Assembly: GCA_964036045.1 (NCBI GenBank)
Contig: OZ038378.1
Coordinates: forward strand, 146,878,001-146,942,000
Direction of reading: 5' to 3'
From: Eutreptiella sp. 'Long Island Sound 2002'
Taxonomy: Eukaryota > Protista > Euglenida
DNA length: 64,000 nt
This document shows positions 1 through 13,600 of this stretch, piece after piece. Within the stretch, counting starts at the first letter, position 1; every line of letters begins with the position of its first letter. The notes below the pieces were generated by a model. That model saw only the letters and a list, made by a program, of their open reading frames with translations. It did no database searches and was not told the DNA's origin. A program made the translations under genes and the position numbers.

Positions 1-880
1 TTACCACCAACGGTGAAACCATCGTAGGTATAGTGTATGTCGCACGAAGTACAGGTGCCCTTCACAAGTTGAATATCCTTCGGCCCCCCCTAAGGAAGAA
101 CGGGAACGCAATATGGTACTTACAACATTGGCATAGCGGATTACATCGTACGCGGACAGAGCACCTCAGCATTCCCCAATACTTCCAGAGTGGTAACATG
201 GGCTGCTTCCAGATTCCCACCGCACGCGTGGCAGGCATCACAGAACGGCAACAAATACATCGGCGGCTGGTATGTCAACTCCAAAACGCCACATTGACGC
301 AAGCGATTGAGGGCGCGGAACACATGCATCGAAGTTGCCTTGATTCCCACGGTCTGCAAGTCTACCAACAGTGCGTTGATGGGCCTTGTGGGCCAAGGAT
401 GCGACCAGAATTGCCTATAGTGCTCTGCATAGCGAGCAACATATGTTGCAACCACGTCCTCGACTGAATCGTAATTCATGGTGATGCACAATATCCTGTA
501 GAATGGGTGATGGAAAAGCCGTGGTCACAAATGCACAGGCTGCATGATGCCCTTGCCTTGTAACTTGCACTTGTAACCCTGTAAACCAGTCTCACTTGTA
601 ACCCCGCGGAAAACGCGGAAAATCGCAACGCAACAGACGCAACAATCAGAATTGGCCCACTTGTGGGCAAGGTGGCTACGTCACCCCTGCCTACGCCTAC
701 GCCTATGAGAAAGGAAAGGAAGAAAGAAAGCCCCTGAATGCCTCCTTCTCGAGCCGGGGAAAAGCTCGAGGCAGGGATCTTCAAGCCCCTCATTGCCTCC
801 TCCTCGAGCCGGGGTATGAAAGCTCGAGGCAGGGATCTTCAAGTGCCGGTCTCGGCGAATTGGCTACATCTCACCATGAT

Positions 881-1325
881 GGTTGGGGCCCAAAAGAGGG
901 CGGAAATGCTACATCACCCCTGCATTCTCGGGGGTCCCCAACAAAGGGAACAAAATCAGAAGTCAAAACCTACGCCGGGGGTCACCCTGATGCACCACGC
1001 AACAAAGCGTGGATTCAAATATTGTCCCGGTTTCCTCAATAGCACCGGACGGTTGGGGCCCAAAAGAGGGCGGAAATGCTACATCACCCCTGCATTCTCG
1101 GGGGTCCCCAACAGAGGGAACAAAATCAGAAGTCAAAACCTACGCCGGGGGTCACCCTGATGCACCACGCAACAAAGCGTGGATTCAAATATTGTCCCGG
1201 TTTCCTCAATAGCACCGGACGGTTGGGGCCCAAAAGAGGGCGGAAATGCTACATCACCCCTGCATTCTCGGGGGTCCCCAACAAAGGGAACAAAATCAGA
1301 AGTCAAAACCTACGCCGGGGGTCAC
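881..1325. repeat. 170-bp tandem repeat, ~2.6 copies
   Basis: Units start at 881, 1051 and 1221; near identical. Confidence 0.95.
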
Positions 1326-1847
1326 CATGACGCCCCTAGGGGCCCCTAGTATACCGTAGTATGGGTCTCCAGTACGGCCAGACGCCCAAATAGCCACCGC
1401 TATAGAGCGGGGAGGCACAATCAGAATTGGCCCACTTGTGGGCAAGGATGCGGCAAGGTGGCTATATAACCCCTGCCGCCTAGGGGATCCCCGGCGCCTC
1501 AGAGCGGGGGGCAGAATCAGAAAAGAGCCCACAAGTGGGCAAGGTGGCTACATAACCCCATTGGGCGCCTTCGGCGCCCGTTGGCTCCTTGGGCCCATAC
1601 CTTTGACAACTAACTGTCGGCCGGAGGCCCCTGGGGGGGGGGGGGTTAGTTGGCGTCCTAGGACCCGCGGAGTCGCCCCCCCCCTACCCCCCCCCTACCT
1701 CCCCCCCCTACCTTCCCCCCCCTACCTCCCCCCCCTACCCCCCCCCCCTACCTCCAAGGTAGGGGGGGGCGACTTCGTGCGATATATGCCCCCAAATTGG
1801 GGCTGGACCGGCAGCGGCTGTCCTGAAGGAGCCGGATTTTTTTTTGG

Positions 1848-2053
1848 TTAAGGACAGCCCCGAAGGGCAGCTGCCAGAGACCACCAACCGCCAACCGCCA
1901 CCAACGGACAACCGCTGCCAACCGCCACCAACCGCCAACCGCCACCAACGGACAACCGCTGCCAACCGCCACCAACCGCCAACCGCCACCAACCGCCAAC
2001 CGCCACCAACGGACAACCGCCGCCAACCGCCACCAACCGCCAACCGCCGCCAA
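1848..2053 (+). repeat. (AACCGCC)n-carrying dispersed element, copy 1
   Basis: TTAAGGACAGCCC head followed by CCACCAACCGCC repeats. Confidence 0.85.
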
Positions 2054-3017
2054 CGGGAGAGGGGGTGGCATTGCTGAACGGTGACAATGACCCCCCCCCC
2101 CCTGCCCCCACATACACACAGCAGCTCGAGCGGCTTAGTCACCCGCACCCACACCCTCTTGATGCCGTGCGGTATGCCGGCCCTGGCCCCAGGCGCACAA
2201 ATGCAGTGGGGTCTCGCTGTGATGGGGCGGTTCATGGCACACGCCACTTTGCATCGTCCTTCACTGCCGCTCCCCTCTGAAGTCGTGTGCCTTTCCAGTG
2301 GACGCCGTCCAGTCGCCCTCGGGGGGGGAGGGGGGTCGCACAGGGTACCTCTGCCGAAGGTCCCCCCTCCGCCTTCGACGAGGTCCCCTTGAGTATCCCC
2401 CCCCCCCCCCTCTCCACAACCGTTTGAGTCTCCGAATGTGGCCTCAAACCCCCGGTCCCTTTGGCGGGGGGGGGGGTCGCGCTGGGGAATGGTCCGGGCG
2501 GACAGCGTTGGGGGTGTTGGTGTTGGTGGGGGGTGGGTCTGGGGGGGTGGCCATCCCCCCGGTCCCACGCAACGGCCCCCGATGGTCCCGTGCGCACGGC
2601 CCGGCCCCCGCTCCCCTGCGGCGGTTGAGCGGGGGGACTTCGGGGGGGGGGGGGGGGGAAGTGCCGTGGGGGTGCAAAGTGTGACGGGAGTGGTCCCTCG
2701 GATGCCCAGCAGTCCGTGGGCCGCATGTGCGATGGGACCCCCCGGAATTTGGGGGCTGATGAGGGGGGGAGGGAGGAGGTGGTGGACAAAGAGGATGTCT
2801 ATGGGGCTGGGGATTCTGGCCTGTTTTGGCTTCTTCTTTGGGGTGCCGACAACCGTAGGAGGACGCCCCCCCCCCCCCCTCCACGTGGACCCCTGGATCA
2901 TCTGTGGTTCATGGTCCCAAAACCGGATCATCTGTGGTCCATGGTCCCAAAACGCTGCACAAAATGTAACAAAATGTTTCTCTGGCCCTTTTGGCGCTAA
3001 TGTAGGGTGGTACTATG

Positions 3018-3877
3018 CATTGTCATAGTCATTGTCATAGTCATTGTCATAGTCATTGTCATAGTCATTGTCATAGTCATTGTCATAGTCATTGTCATAG
3101 TCATTGTCATAGTCATTGTCATAGTCATTGTCATAGTCATTGTCATAGTCATTGTCATAGTCATTGTCATAGTCATTGTCATAGTCATTGTCATAGTCAT
3201 TGTCATAGTCATTGTCATAGTCATTGTCATAGTCATTGTCATAGTCATTGTCATAGTCATTGTCATAGTCATTGTCATAGTCATTGTCATAGTCATTGTC
3301 ATAGTCATTGTCATAGTCATTGTCATAGTCATTGTCATAGTCATTGTCATAGTCATTGTCATAGTCATTGTCATAGTCATTGTCATAGTCATTGTCATAG
3401 TCATTGTCATAGTCATTGTCATAGTCATTGTCATAGTCATTGTCATAGTCATTGTCATAGTCATTGTCATAGTCATTGTCATAGTCATTGTCATAGTCAC
3501 TGTCATAGTCATTGTCATAGTCATTGTCATAGTCATTGTCATAGTCATTGTCATAGTCATTGTCATAGTCATTGTCATAGTCATTGTCATAGTCATTGTC
3601 ATAGTCACTGTCATAGTCATTGTCATAGTCATTGTCATAGTCATTGTCATAGTCATTGTCATAGTCATTGTCATAGTCATTGTCATAGTCATTGTCATAG
3701 TCATTGTCATAGTCATTGTCATAGTCATTGTCATAGTCATTGTCATAGTCATTGTCATAGTCATTGTCATAGTCATTGTCATAGTCATTGTCATAGTCAT
3801 TGTCATAGTCATTGTCATAGTCATTGTCATAGTCATTGTCATAGTCATTGTCATAGTCATTGTCATAGTCATTGTCA
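3018..3877. repeat. (CATTGTCATAGT)n 12-bp minisatellite, ~71 copies
   Basis: Near-perfect array; two CACTGT variants at 3498 and 3606. Confidence 0.98.
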
Positions 3878-4457
3878 CGTTGTCCATCTGTATGGGTCTC
3901 ATCCTGGAATGGACTGCAATCATCCGGAAGCCCCGAAAGTGAACAGCAATCATTCAGAGATGCGCCCCCCCGCAACCACGTGCGTCACCCCAGCACCCCC
4001 TCCCCCCTTTGGCGCCTCCCCCCCCCCCTTCCCAACGCGGTGCTCAGCAATGGCCCAGGAGGAGGGCCTCGGGCTGGGGTGTGTGTGTGGGTGGGGGGGG
4101 GGGGGGGGCGCTATACTCGGGTAAATGTGTCTGGGCACAGTGTCTACAAACTATACACCGGGTCTACGGACTATGCGTAAACGCGTATACGTATACACAC
4201 ATACGCGTATACGTGTATACGAAGTGTATACGTACATATCTGGAGCGCCCCATGCCTTAGGCCTGAGCGCGGCGCAGCGGCAGGGCCACGGGCCGGGGGC
4301 CCACCAAACCGAACCACCCCCCCCCCCCTCCGCATGCCACGGAGTGTTGGAAGGGGTCCTCCGCTGCCCCGGAGGGTGTGCGAGTGGAAGGGCCGCACGG
4401 CCCTCCACCGCGGCCCGTTGCCCGCCCACGCCCCCCGTGCCCCCCCCCTGTGCTCAG

Positions 4458-4610
4458 GGACGTACTGCGGGGTGGCGGACGGGGGCCAGCAGGCGGACGC
4501 CTACTGGAATCAGATGGTGGAGGTCCCCGTCCCCCCCAACCAGGCCTCCGACCCCCTGACCGTCGCCTTCAACGTCGTGGACGCCCAGACCGGCGTGCTG
4601 CTCTGCGAAG
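4458..4610 (+). CDS. Gene A exon (C2-like: GTYCGVADGGQQADAYWNQMVEVPVPPNQASDPLTVAFNVVDAQTGVLLCEG)
   Basis: Acceptor ctgtgctcag, donor GTATGCCC at 4611; WNQ...V.D pattern typical of C2 beta-sandwich strands. Confidence 0.8.
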
Positions 4611-7600
4611 GTATGCCCCGCGCGTGTGTCACGGGCCCCCGGGCGCTGGGCAGGGCCCGGCCTGATCCTCCGGGGCATTTGGGGGGGGGGGCGCCGGGGC
4701 CGGACGTGAGGGCGTGCGAGGGCGCGGGCATGTGCCGCGTCTGGAGCGGAGGGTGTCGGTGTGGCGGCCAGAAAGTTTGTTGGTGTGCGGGGCCTGCCCG
4801 GGGGCTGCAAGGTGGCCTTGGCGGGGGGTTGGGGGATCTTGGTCATAGTCCCCTGTTCCATCACCCCCTTCCCCCCGGGGAGCAGGGGGCCTCCAACGCC
4901 CCCGCCCCCCTCTTGGGGCCACTGTCTCCCCCCCCCCCCCAGGGGACCTGCCGCATTCCAGGTGCCCATATTCCAACCCCCCCCCCACCCCCAATCATGG
5001 GCTCCGCAGTCGGCCTCCTTCCTGTGCCTGGGGGGGTCAGGGGTCTGAGAGCGCGCCCATCGGGGGGGGGGGGGGTACCCCAACATACATCACCTCAAAA
5101 TGAACCCCATGACGCGCTGATCATTTGGTACATACACAAGTGCGGTAAGAATTTATTTCAGAAAAATGTTTTCCGCACCGCAGCATCCGGTAAAAAACAA
5201 ACAAAATGGGCTCTTGGACTTGGGAGCCTAATTTCTCAAACCCCTGCAGACCGTCTGTCCCCAATGATGGCCTGCTTGAAGGCCTGCTTAATGGCCTGTA
5301 ATGGCTCATACCCCCCCCCCCCCGGCCCCCCTTTGGAGCAATTTCCCACGCGCCCAAGGCCATCACGCTGCGGTCCCGCAGCCCATGGGGTGTAGTACAG
5401 AGGAGGGGTGGGCAGGGTCCGCTCCCCCCCCCCCCCTCTTGCGGCCGATGACCGCCGGGGCAGCCTCGGCGGGGGACGGCCTCGCCTCTGCCGGACGTCT
5501 GCCGGACGTCAGCAGCCCGGGCCAATGAGCTCGGGCGGGGGGGGGGAGGCCACGTGGGGATGGGGGTATGGGGCCGGTGTGTGCGGTGTTGCTGGTTTGG
5601 GTGTGTGATGCGGTACCCCAACGCCGTACCATTCCACAAGCGCGTGCCCGACAGTGTGTACCACTGTGCCCTCCGTTCCGAGGCATGGCCAATGCCAACG
5701 GCAGGTCTGATCCAGCCCTTTTGGACGTCCCCCCTCTTTGAGGACCCCCAACACGGCACTCCACGCCCGATGTCCCGATGGTGACGTCACGTTGGCTTTA
5801 TCAAACCCCCGGCACCGCGCAGCCCCCCCCCCCCCCCCCCCTCCATCGGAGGCAGCCATGTAAATGATGCGGTCATACCCATGTTCCGGGGCCGTCATGC
5901 ATTGCTCAAAGCCGCACACCCGGTGTTAGTGCAGGGCCTCCCCCAAATCGTGACCATTTTGGGTACCGCCGCCGAATCGTGACAGTGCCACGGGCTGAGG
6001 ATCGGCCCCTGAACATGGATCCCGCCGGCATCGCCGGGGGGCACGCCGTGTGCCATGTCACGCCCCACACAACCGCCGTCAGGTCCATGTCAGGCCATGT
6101 GCCATGGCCCTGGGCCGGGCATGACGGCGTGTGTATGTCGCCCGGGGGGGGGGGGGGGTCTGTGTGTGTGCCGGGGGGGGGGGGGGGGCTTCATGGGTTT
6201 GGTGGTGCGCCTCCTCTGGGGCCTGCCTCGCCCTCAGGCCGTCTTCCGCTGGACACGCTGCTCAATGCCAAGAACCCCAACATCAAAGTGCCGCTGGAGG
6301 TCAATGTATGTTGATGCGCCCCCCCCTTCGCCGGCCCACACACATGGGACCGCCTGACATTCGAACGGCCGTGAGCCGCAGGAGGACGCAGGAGGAGGGG
6401 GGTACCCCCGCCCCCTTTTGGGACCCCCCCCCCCCAGACCAAAGGGACCATCATGGCAATGCAAAGCGAACTTTACCAACATCCGATGGGGCCACTCCCT
6501 CCCCCCCCTCTACTACTTCTCTGGCCCAGGCCCTCGTTAGGGCCAGTCCGCCGTCCCATTCCCATGTCCCAATGGGGGGGGGGGGGCAGACGCAAGAAGG
6601 AGGGGCACCCCCCCCCCCCCAGACCAAAGGGACCACCGTGAGAAAACATGAGATTTACCATCGGGAACATCCGATGGGGCCATCATCGGTACACACAATT
6701 GTGGGTCCCGGACCCCCCCCCCCCTCTCCCTGCCCCCCCTTCTAATGTCCGCCTGCACATGGGGCCCTGATCTTGGACCCCTCTCACCCGCCGCAGCCTC
6801 CAGACCTCCCCAGGGGCGCTGCTCTGTGGCCGCCCCCCCCCGCCCCATCCCCCACGATGACAGACACCCGGGCCCTTGGTGGCCGAGGCGCCCAGGGTCG
6901 TCCCTGGCCATGGGACCTCCTCTACTTCAAAGGTTGGCGGTTGGCGGTTGGCGGTTGGTGGCGGTTGGTGGCGGTTGGCGGTTGGTGGCGGTTGGCGGGT
7001 GGTGGCGGTTGGTGGCGGTTGGTGATCCCCAGGGGCTGTCCTGAAGGGCTCACATGCCTTTCCCATGGCACACAACCCACGTGGCAAGAGCACAGCGAAG
7101 AGGGTCAGCAGCATCTCCCTCAGCGCGGGGGCTATGTGGTGGTGTGGCGTTGGCGGCCATGGATTGGGGTGTGGACCAGGCCCTCATCAAGGCCACGGGG
7201 CAGAGCTGTCCTTGGGAATCAAGATTCTTGTTTTGTTTTGGTCATTCCCTGGGCCATGAGGCAAGGGGCACACGGCACGACCAACGCGGTGGGACGTGGA
7301 ACGCAGGGCCCAAGGGGGTGTCGGATCACCAAGCGTCCCCCATCAACGCTGCATTCTGCCCTCTGCCCTCAAGAGGGGGGGGGGGAAGGGGTCGTAATGC
7401 CAACAGAAACGAACGTTCACGGGGGCACTCTCTGCTTCATGGCCATGGGACCTCCTCTACCTCCTCCACCTCCTCTACTTCACTGCACCCCCCCTCCCCC
7501 CACTAGACCTGGGCCTGGTCCTACAAGGGACCACAGAGCTGCAGGATCAAGGGACCCATTGCCACACCGTGCCCCCCCCCCCCCCCACACACACACGCAG

Positions 7601-10600
7601 TGACGCGTGGTACGTCGCCCCCCCCCCCCCCCGGGCTGTGCACTGCGGCGGCGGGAGTGGCGCGGGCCCTGGCATTCCTGCGGGCAGCCCCAGTGCGGAC
7701 TTGGGTGGATGGGCACCGCTGCCTGCGGAGGCAGAGGGTTCAAGGGAAGGACAAGGGGAACTGGCGAGAGGCCCATAGGTACACAACCAGGCGTTATGCC
7801 ACCCCCCCCCCCCTTGCGCATGGGCGACGTCTGCCTATGCATGTGTGAGACATCGGGGGGAGAAAAAGAACGAAGGGCCACGGAAAATGAAGACCAACAG
7901 CCGTGGGTGCCCCTCCAGTCATAATCCATGCGTCTGTGGGACGGGGGGGGGGGGGGGGGCGGTGGAGAGGGCCGCAACAATGGGTATTTGGTGAAACTTA
8001 GTACCCGACCGTGTACAACTTAGTCAAATGTGGTAAAACTTCGTGGAAACGGGGTAAAACTTAGTCAACAAAAATTCTTTTTTTTAATTTTTAAAGAAAA
8101 AATATTGTTTCCAGTACATAAAAATAGAAAATGTCTAATAAGTTTTACCATACCCCCGCCTTCCCTCATTTTGACCAAGGAACTCGACACTTCGATGGTA
8201 GGTGGTAAGGGGAAGCGTTGGAGTCCATCACCCCAACTCGAGGGGCCACACCGAACCGGGGGGGTCCATCACCCCAAGTTTTTTTTTACCAAGTAAAACA
8301 CTCAGTAGACCAAAAAACCTTTTTACGAAGAAAAAAAAACAATGCACATCACGCGTGTTGCATAGAGGCCTCAACCTCCGCACCCTGCCCACCGAAAAAC
8401 CCCCCGCCTCCCTCTCCGCCTCCCCTTCCCTCTGTCGGTGGTGCCAACCGGACTGTCCCCGTTCCACTGCCCCGTGTCGGGCCCACACGGAGGAGGGCAC
8501 CGGGGCTCATACAGGGCCCTCCACCCGCACGTCTGTGTCCAGGTGTACGATCATGAGACCCGTCAATGGATCGTCGAGAAGGGCGGGGTCCTCCACTGCA
8601 ACGTGGCGTTGGATGATGGCGGTGTGTGACATGGCCCAGGGGGGGGGGGGGGTTACTCGAGGGGGATGGACGACGCCCCAGCCCCTGCGGGTCAGGACGG
8701 GGGAGCGGTGCGTCGCTCAATGGAACGGCCGCTCGAAGGCCAGGAAGGCGTCCCCTGGCCTGCCACGTGGATGGGGGGTAGTTGGCCTCAGGGCTCGGGG
8801 GGCCTTGGTGGTTCTCCTCCCGACCAACAATGTCAATGGCCGATCAAGGGGAGCTGGGTGTCGCTCAGCGTCAGCCCAGTACCCGTGTGCCACTCAGTAA
8901 GATCCGCTCTCGGCGCATCGGACACTCAGTAGGAACCGGCCGGGGCCGTGTCCGGCTCCGTAGGATCCGGCCCCGTCTGATCACGTCCGATGTGCCGGGA
9001 TGTGAGTGGCAGGTCTGCGGCCGGTTGATCAAGATGGATCACATCCCACCAACGCCGAAGAGGAACGCCTGCAGCACCGCAGCACGTTCCGGGGGGGCAA
9101 TCTCTGGTGTTTTGGGGGCGGAGGTGCCCCCTGCACCGCGTGGGCGGGAGAAGGGGGGGCTGTGCGTGCCGTGCCGCCAGCGGACCGGCGAGGGGCTGTG
9201 TGTTGCCTTGGGGGTGTGGGAAGGGCTGGGTAGGTGTGAGGGGGGGGGGGGGGGTCACATGCGCCCCCATCAGGTCATGGTGTGTGGTGGTGGGGCATGG
9301 CCCCATGTGTGTGAAGTGCGTGTGGGGGCTGCATCTGTGAGGCCGCCTCCGGGCGGGCGTTGAGGTCAAGCATGTTTCTTCCGCAGCATGCCGCAGCACC
9401 CGGTTTTTGGAGCTGCACACGGGGGTGTTGAAGCATGCCGCAGCATGCTGCAGCACCAAGAATCATCAGATTGACTACTGTGGGACAGGTGACAAACATT
9501 GGACTTTCCGGGAGCTGAACCAATGCCTCTGACATTCTGCACCGAGGCATATACCACTACAGTAATGACCACATCTGACACACTTGGGTCCAAGGACCAT
9601 GTACAGCGCGCGGGATGAAAATGTTTTGGCAAATCGAGGGACGTTTTGCATTTCTACCGGGGGGGGGGGGGGTTCCGCGGGGGGAATTTTCCGCGGGGAA
9701 AATTCTGTATTTCAACTCGCTGCGGATTTTGGCCTGTGTAAGCCACCGTAGGACCCGTTTGGGTTTTTTCCCATGGCAGAACTATCATTGATAACTGCAA
9801 AGGCTTTGAAGGTCGCCAACGTTCTTGAAGCACACAGCTTGTGAATTCTCGATCATTTGCAAAAACGTCGTGCATTGGGTGTTGTCCCAAAGGCAATCCC
9901 AGCTGATCTTATCGCAAAGCGTAAAGCATGTGCGTAGTACATGTTGCATTTTAGGTTTTCAGACATCTGCAGAATCATTGCGCGTTGCTTTGTTGTATTG
10001 TGTGTCTTTTGGGGATCGCAATCCCAGGATCCCCTTTGTTTGCAATGCACTCAAGATTTGGGAGGTGCGGAATTTTCCCCTTGATTTTTTGGGACAGGTG
10101 CGGAATTTTCCCCTGCGGAAAAAACCCTGTACAGAACCCCCCCCCCCCCCCTGTACATGATTCTAACGACAGGGCAACACCGCGGAAGGTGTGTTTGGGG
10201 CCTGGGACGGAGATCCGGGGCACCGGGAACCCGTTTTGCTGGAAAACCGGACCGCCAAGCACCCACGTGTGCAGCGTGAAGCATGCCGCGGCGTGCTGCG
10301 GCACAGGAATTTCTTCTCAGGGACTGCACGGGCTTGGTTGAGGTCTGGACTGCACGCGTGAGGGTGTCGCACATGGAGGGGGCCAGGGCCTGGGGGTGTG
10401 GGGACGGTGGTGCTGCGAGGGCCGAGGCCGGGCGGCATGTGGGCCGCCCGCGCTGCCAAATGGGGGGCAGTGCGGTCCGGAGCGCGGGGGGGGGGGGGGG
10501 GGGGCGGGCGCGGGCGATGGACCGACGGCGGCCGGAGACAACCGACGCCGCGTTGTGCGGGCGCCGTTGGAGGTCCCACGCCTCCGGGGGGGCGGCGGTG

Positions 10601-13600
10601 GTATGGGGGGCGTGGCGGGACGGGGAGCGTCGCGTGTGCTGGTCAGGCCCTACCCTCGTCATTGGCTGTGTGCCCCTTTTGTGTGCAGGTGGCGGCGGCG
10701 ATGGCGGCGAAGCGATGGACCCCGTGCCTGCGCCGGAGGGTGTGTGTTGTGGGCGGTGCGCCCGCCCGCCCCCAGGGCCTGCGGAGGAGGGGGCGGGGCG
10801 GCACGGCCCCGGCCGGGCCCTCACACTTTCCATTGCGTGGGGCTGGGGGGGGGGGGGGTAGAGATGCATGGGGCAGGGTGGGAGGTACCCCCCCCCTCCT
10901 CCAGGGCGCCCAGCCTGTGCCCAGCCACTGTCCCCCTGACGACAAGTGCCGGCCTCAACGGTATTTGTAACCGACAGTAACCGCCCCTCAACCGCTTTGG
11001 CAACCCCCTTCAACCGCCTGCCTAACCGCCGCTGAGGCCGCCTCGCCCAAAAAGCGAAGGGGGCCCGTGGCCCGGACCTCCTTCACGCCTCCCGGCGGGG
11101 CCAGAGGCACCCCCGCACCCCAGGAAACGTACCGGTGCTTCTGTTTGGACCCGGTCCGCCTCCGGGGGGGGGGGGGTCAGCATTTGGGCGGCGATGCGGT
11201 GGGACATGGGGTGGACGGCCGTGGACCTCACGACCGTCTGCTCCGGCACCGGATGTCATGGCGGGTTATGACTGAGCCGGCCCCATGGCGCCCCCTGCCC
11301 CCCCCCAATAGACGGGGGGTGGCTGTCAGCGGGTCCAGTCCCCCCCCCCCCCCCCCCCCGTCCCCGCACACCCACTTAAGCCCCCGGACCCCCCCCCCAA
11401 ACCCTCGGCCCAGAGGATCGGATCCCGTCACGCGGCCCTGTGCAGTGCACCGCCTTCTTTACTTTGTTCCAGCCCCTCATACCACAGTAGACCCCCGTGA
11501 CCGGGTCATGGGGTCAGGGGGTGGGCCGGCCGGCGGGGGTCCCCCCCTCGAAGTGACACGGATGTGATGCAGAGGGCCAATGGCACAGAGGCCGCAGCAC
11601 CGCAAGTACCCGCCCCAGTCCCACGCCCGCGGGGGTGAGGGTGGGGGGGGGGTGCCGGGGCGGAGGCCCAGGCGTGCGGTGAAGGACGGGGCACACCACC
11701 GCACACGAGGGGCACCGGGGGTGGCCCTCCACTGGGCGTGGGGCAGAAAGAGAGGGACAGAGGGGCCGTGGAGCCCCCCCCCCCCCCTCCCAAATGGGGG
11801 GTGGGCGTGCGGGCAAATGTGTGGAGTTGGGGGGTCTTGGGGGGGGGGGGGGGGCAGAGGGGGTTCATGGCGGTGCGGACCGCCAGCGTTTCCCTGGTCA
11901 GAGGGAAGGGCCCGCAGGGTGTGTGCCGGACCCGGTGGCCTTGGGGCGGGGGGGGGGGGGCGACAGCTCTGGAGCCCCCGGACGTCCCCTCCACCTCCGC
12001 AATGCAGCAACGCCCGCTGGTGTCGTTTCCGCGTTTGCGGAGCCCAGTCGTTGGTGTGCCGGGGCTGTGCTGAATGTGGCGGGATGTGCCGTTTGCGTGT
12101 CAGCAGCGCCCAATAATTGGAGTATTGGGGGCTGTGCTGGTTGTTGCCGGGGGTCGTTTGACTGGTTTTGCTGCCCCCCCCCCCCCCCCCCCGTGTGTCA
12201 TGCAGGTCCGCCCCCCGGTAGGGCCTCCGTGCAGGCCCTTTCCCCGGGTCGAGGCCAGGAGCACCGGCCGCAGCGGCCGACAGAACGCAGCGACCCGACG
12301 CAACATGCGAAGGGAAGACCGGGTGACTGTCCAGGGCCCCGTAAAGGAGCAACAACCCGACGGAATGTCACACGGGGGGTCGGCGAACAAGGCCAAGGCG
12401 CCCACCGTGTGCCCGTTTCGTTGGACTGGCGCTGTGGCGCAGGGCCCTCGACCCGAGGGCCAAGGGCGGCCTTTGTGTCAGTCATGGCAACAGGCCTCAT
12501 GGCGTTGCCCGCCACCGCACCCCTCCCCCCCCCCCCCCCCCCCGCGAGGGGCCTACAGGCGAGTGGATGGGCACGGGCTGGAGGGGGTGGGTGGAGGAGA
12601 TGCCCACGGGGCTGCCCCCTGTGCCTTTGCTGGTCTTGAGGGGCGAAGAAACCCGCGGTCGTGCCGTGTGGGTGTGTGGGGGGGGGGGGGGGGCAGAGAG
12701 AGGGCACCGCAAAGTGCACCCGAGTGTCCGAGGGCCTGTGGCAGGGGGTTAGCCAGGGCCCCGCAGAGGGCGCAGAGGTCCACAGGGAGGGGGATCGGCG
12801 TGAGCGGGTGTAGTGCATGTCCACTGGGCCGGCGCGGGGGGGGGGGGGGTAGGCCTGGCTCATGGGGCCCCAGATCTGCGGGGGGATGGGGGCACGGGGA
12901 AGGGCCTGTCCGCAGGGGGGGGGGGGGGGGGGGCGCTGGTGGTGGGGCGGGGGCCATGCCCCCGGGGGGGGACGTTCAGCGCCGCGCCCTCTGTCGCAGG
13001 GGGACCCCCTGAAGAAGAAGAAGGAGGTCATCATCGGAGGCGTGGAGGACAGCAGTGCCATGCGGGAGAAGGAGCTGGAGATCGGCCGCCGCGGTGCGTT
13101 TTGGGGGGTGTTGTGTGCCCCGCCCTCGTGCCCATGCGACCCACTTCCACTGCCCTCGCCCGCGTTGTCATGAATGGAGTGCTCCTTCCCCCACAGCCAA
13201 AGCCCCCCCCCCCCCCCCCCCACGGGCGGTGCCTGCATTCCCACACATCCCCCATCGGGCGCCAGCAGCCCTGTTCCATCGGAGAAAAGGGGGATGGTCA
13301 GATCTGTGCACCCGAAGATGGCCCAACGATCTTCACAAAAATTGGACTTCCCCCGACGGACCCGGAGGGGGTGGGGGGGGCTGTGGAGTTGGGGGGGGGT
13401 GTGTGGAATGCCCCTCCGCCCCCCCTTTCAAACAAATCTGAGCGACGGGGATCGGCGCGGTGGCTGCCTGGGGGCTGCGGGTTGGGCCGCGGTGCTCGGG
13501 GCGCTAGACAAGGGGGGCTGCACCCGGAGACTTGGGGGGGGGGGCAGTCCGTTGTGGACGGGGGGCGTGTGGTCTGCGCCGCCTCGTTCGACGGGCCGAC

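Noticed and set aside
141-491. 116-aa minus-strand ORF with a CxxCxxC cluster
   Set aside because: Looks like a fragment of an element truncated by the window edge; no recognisable family.
2342-2390. Candidate upstream exon of gene A (GYLCRRSPLRLRR)
   Set aside because: The phase could fit, but the acceptor context is weak and there is no independent support.
2997-4124. His/Cys-rich, DYDN, VIVI and MTMT ORFs
   Set aside because: All are readings of the 12-bp repeat, with no unique coding flanks.
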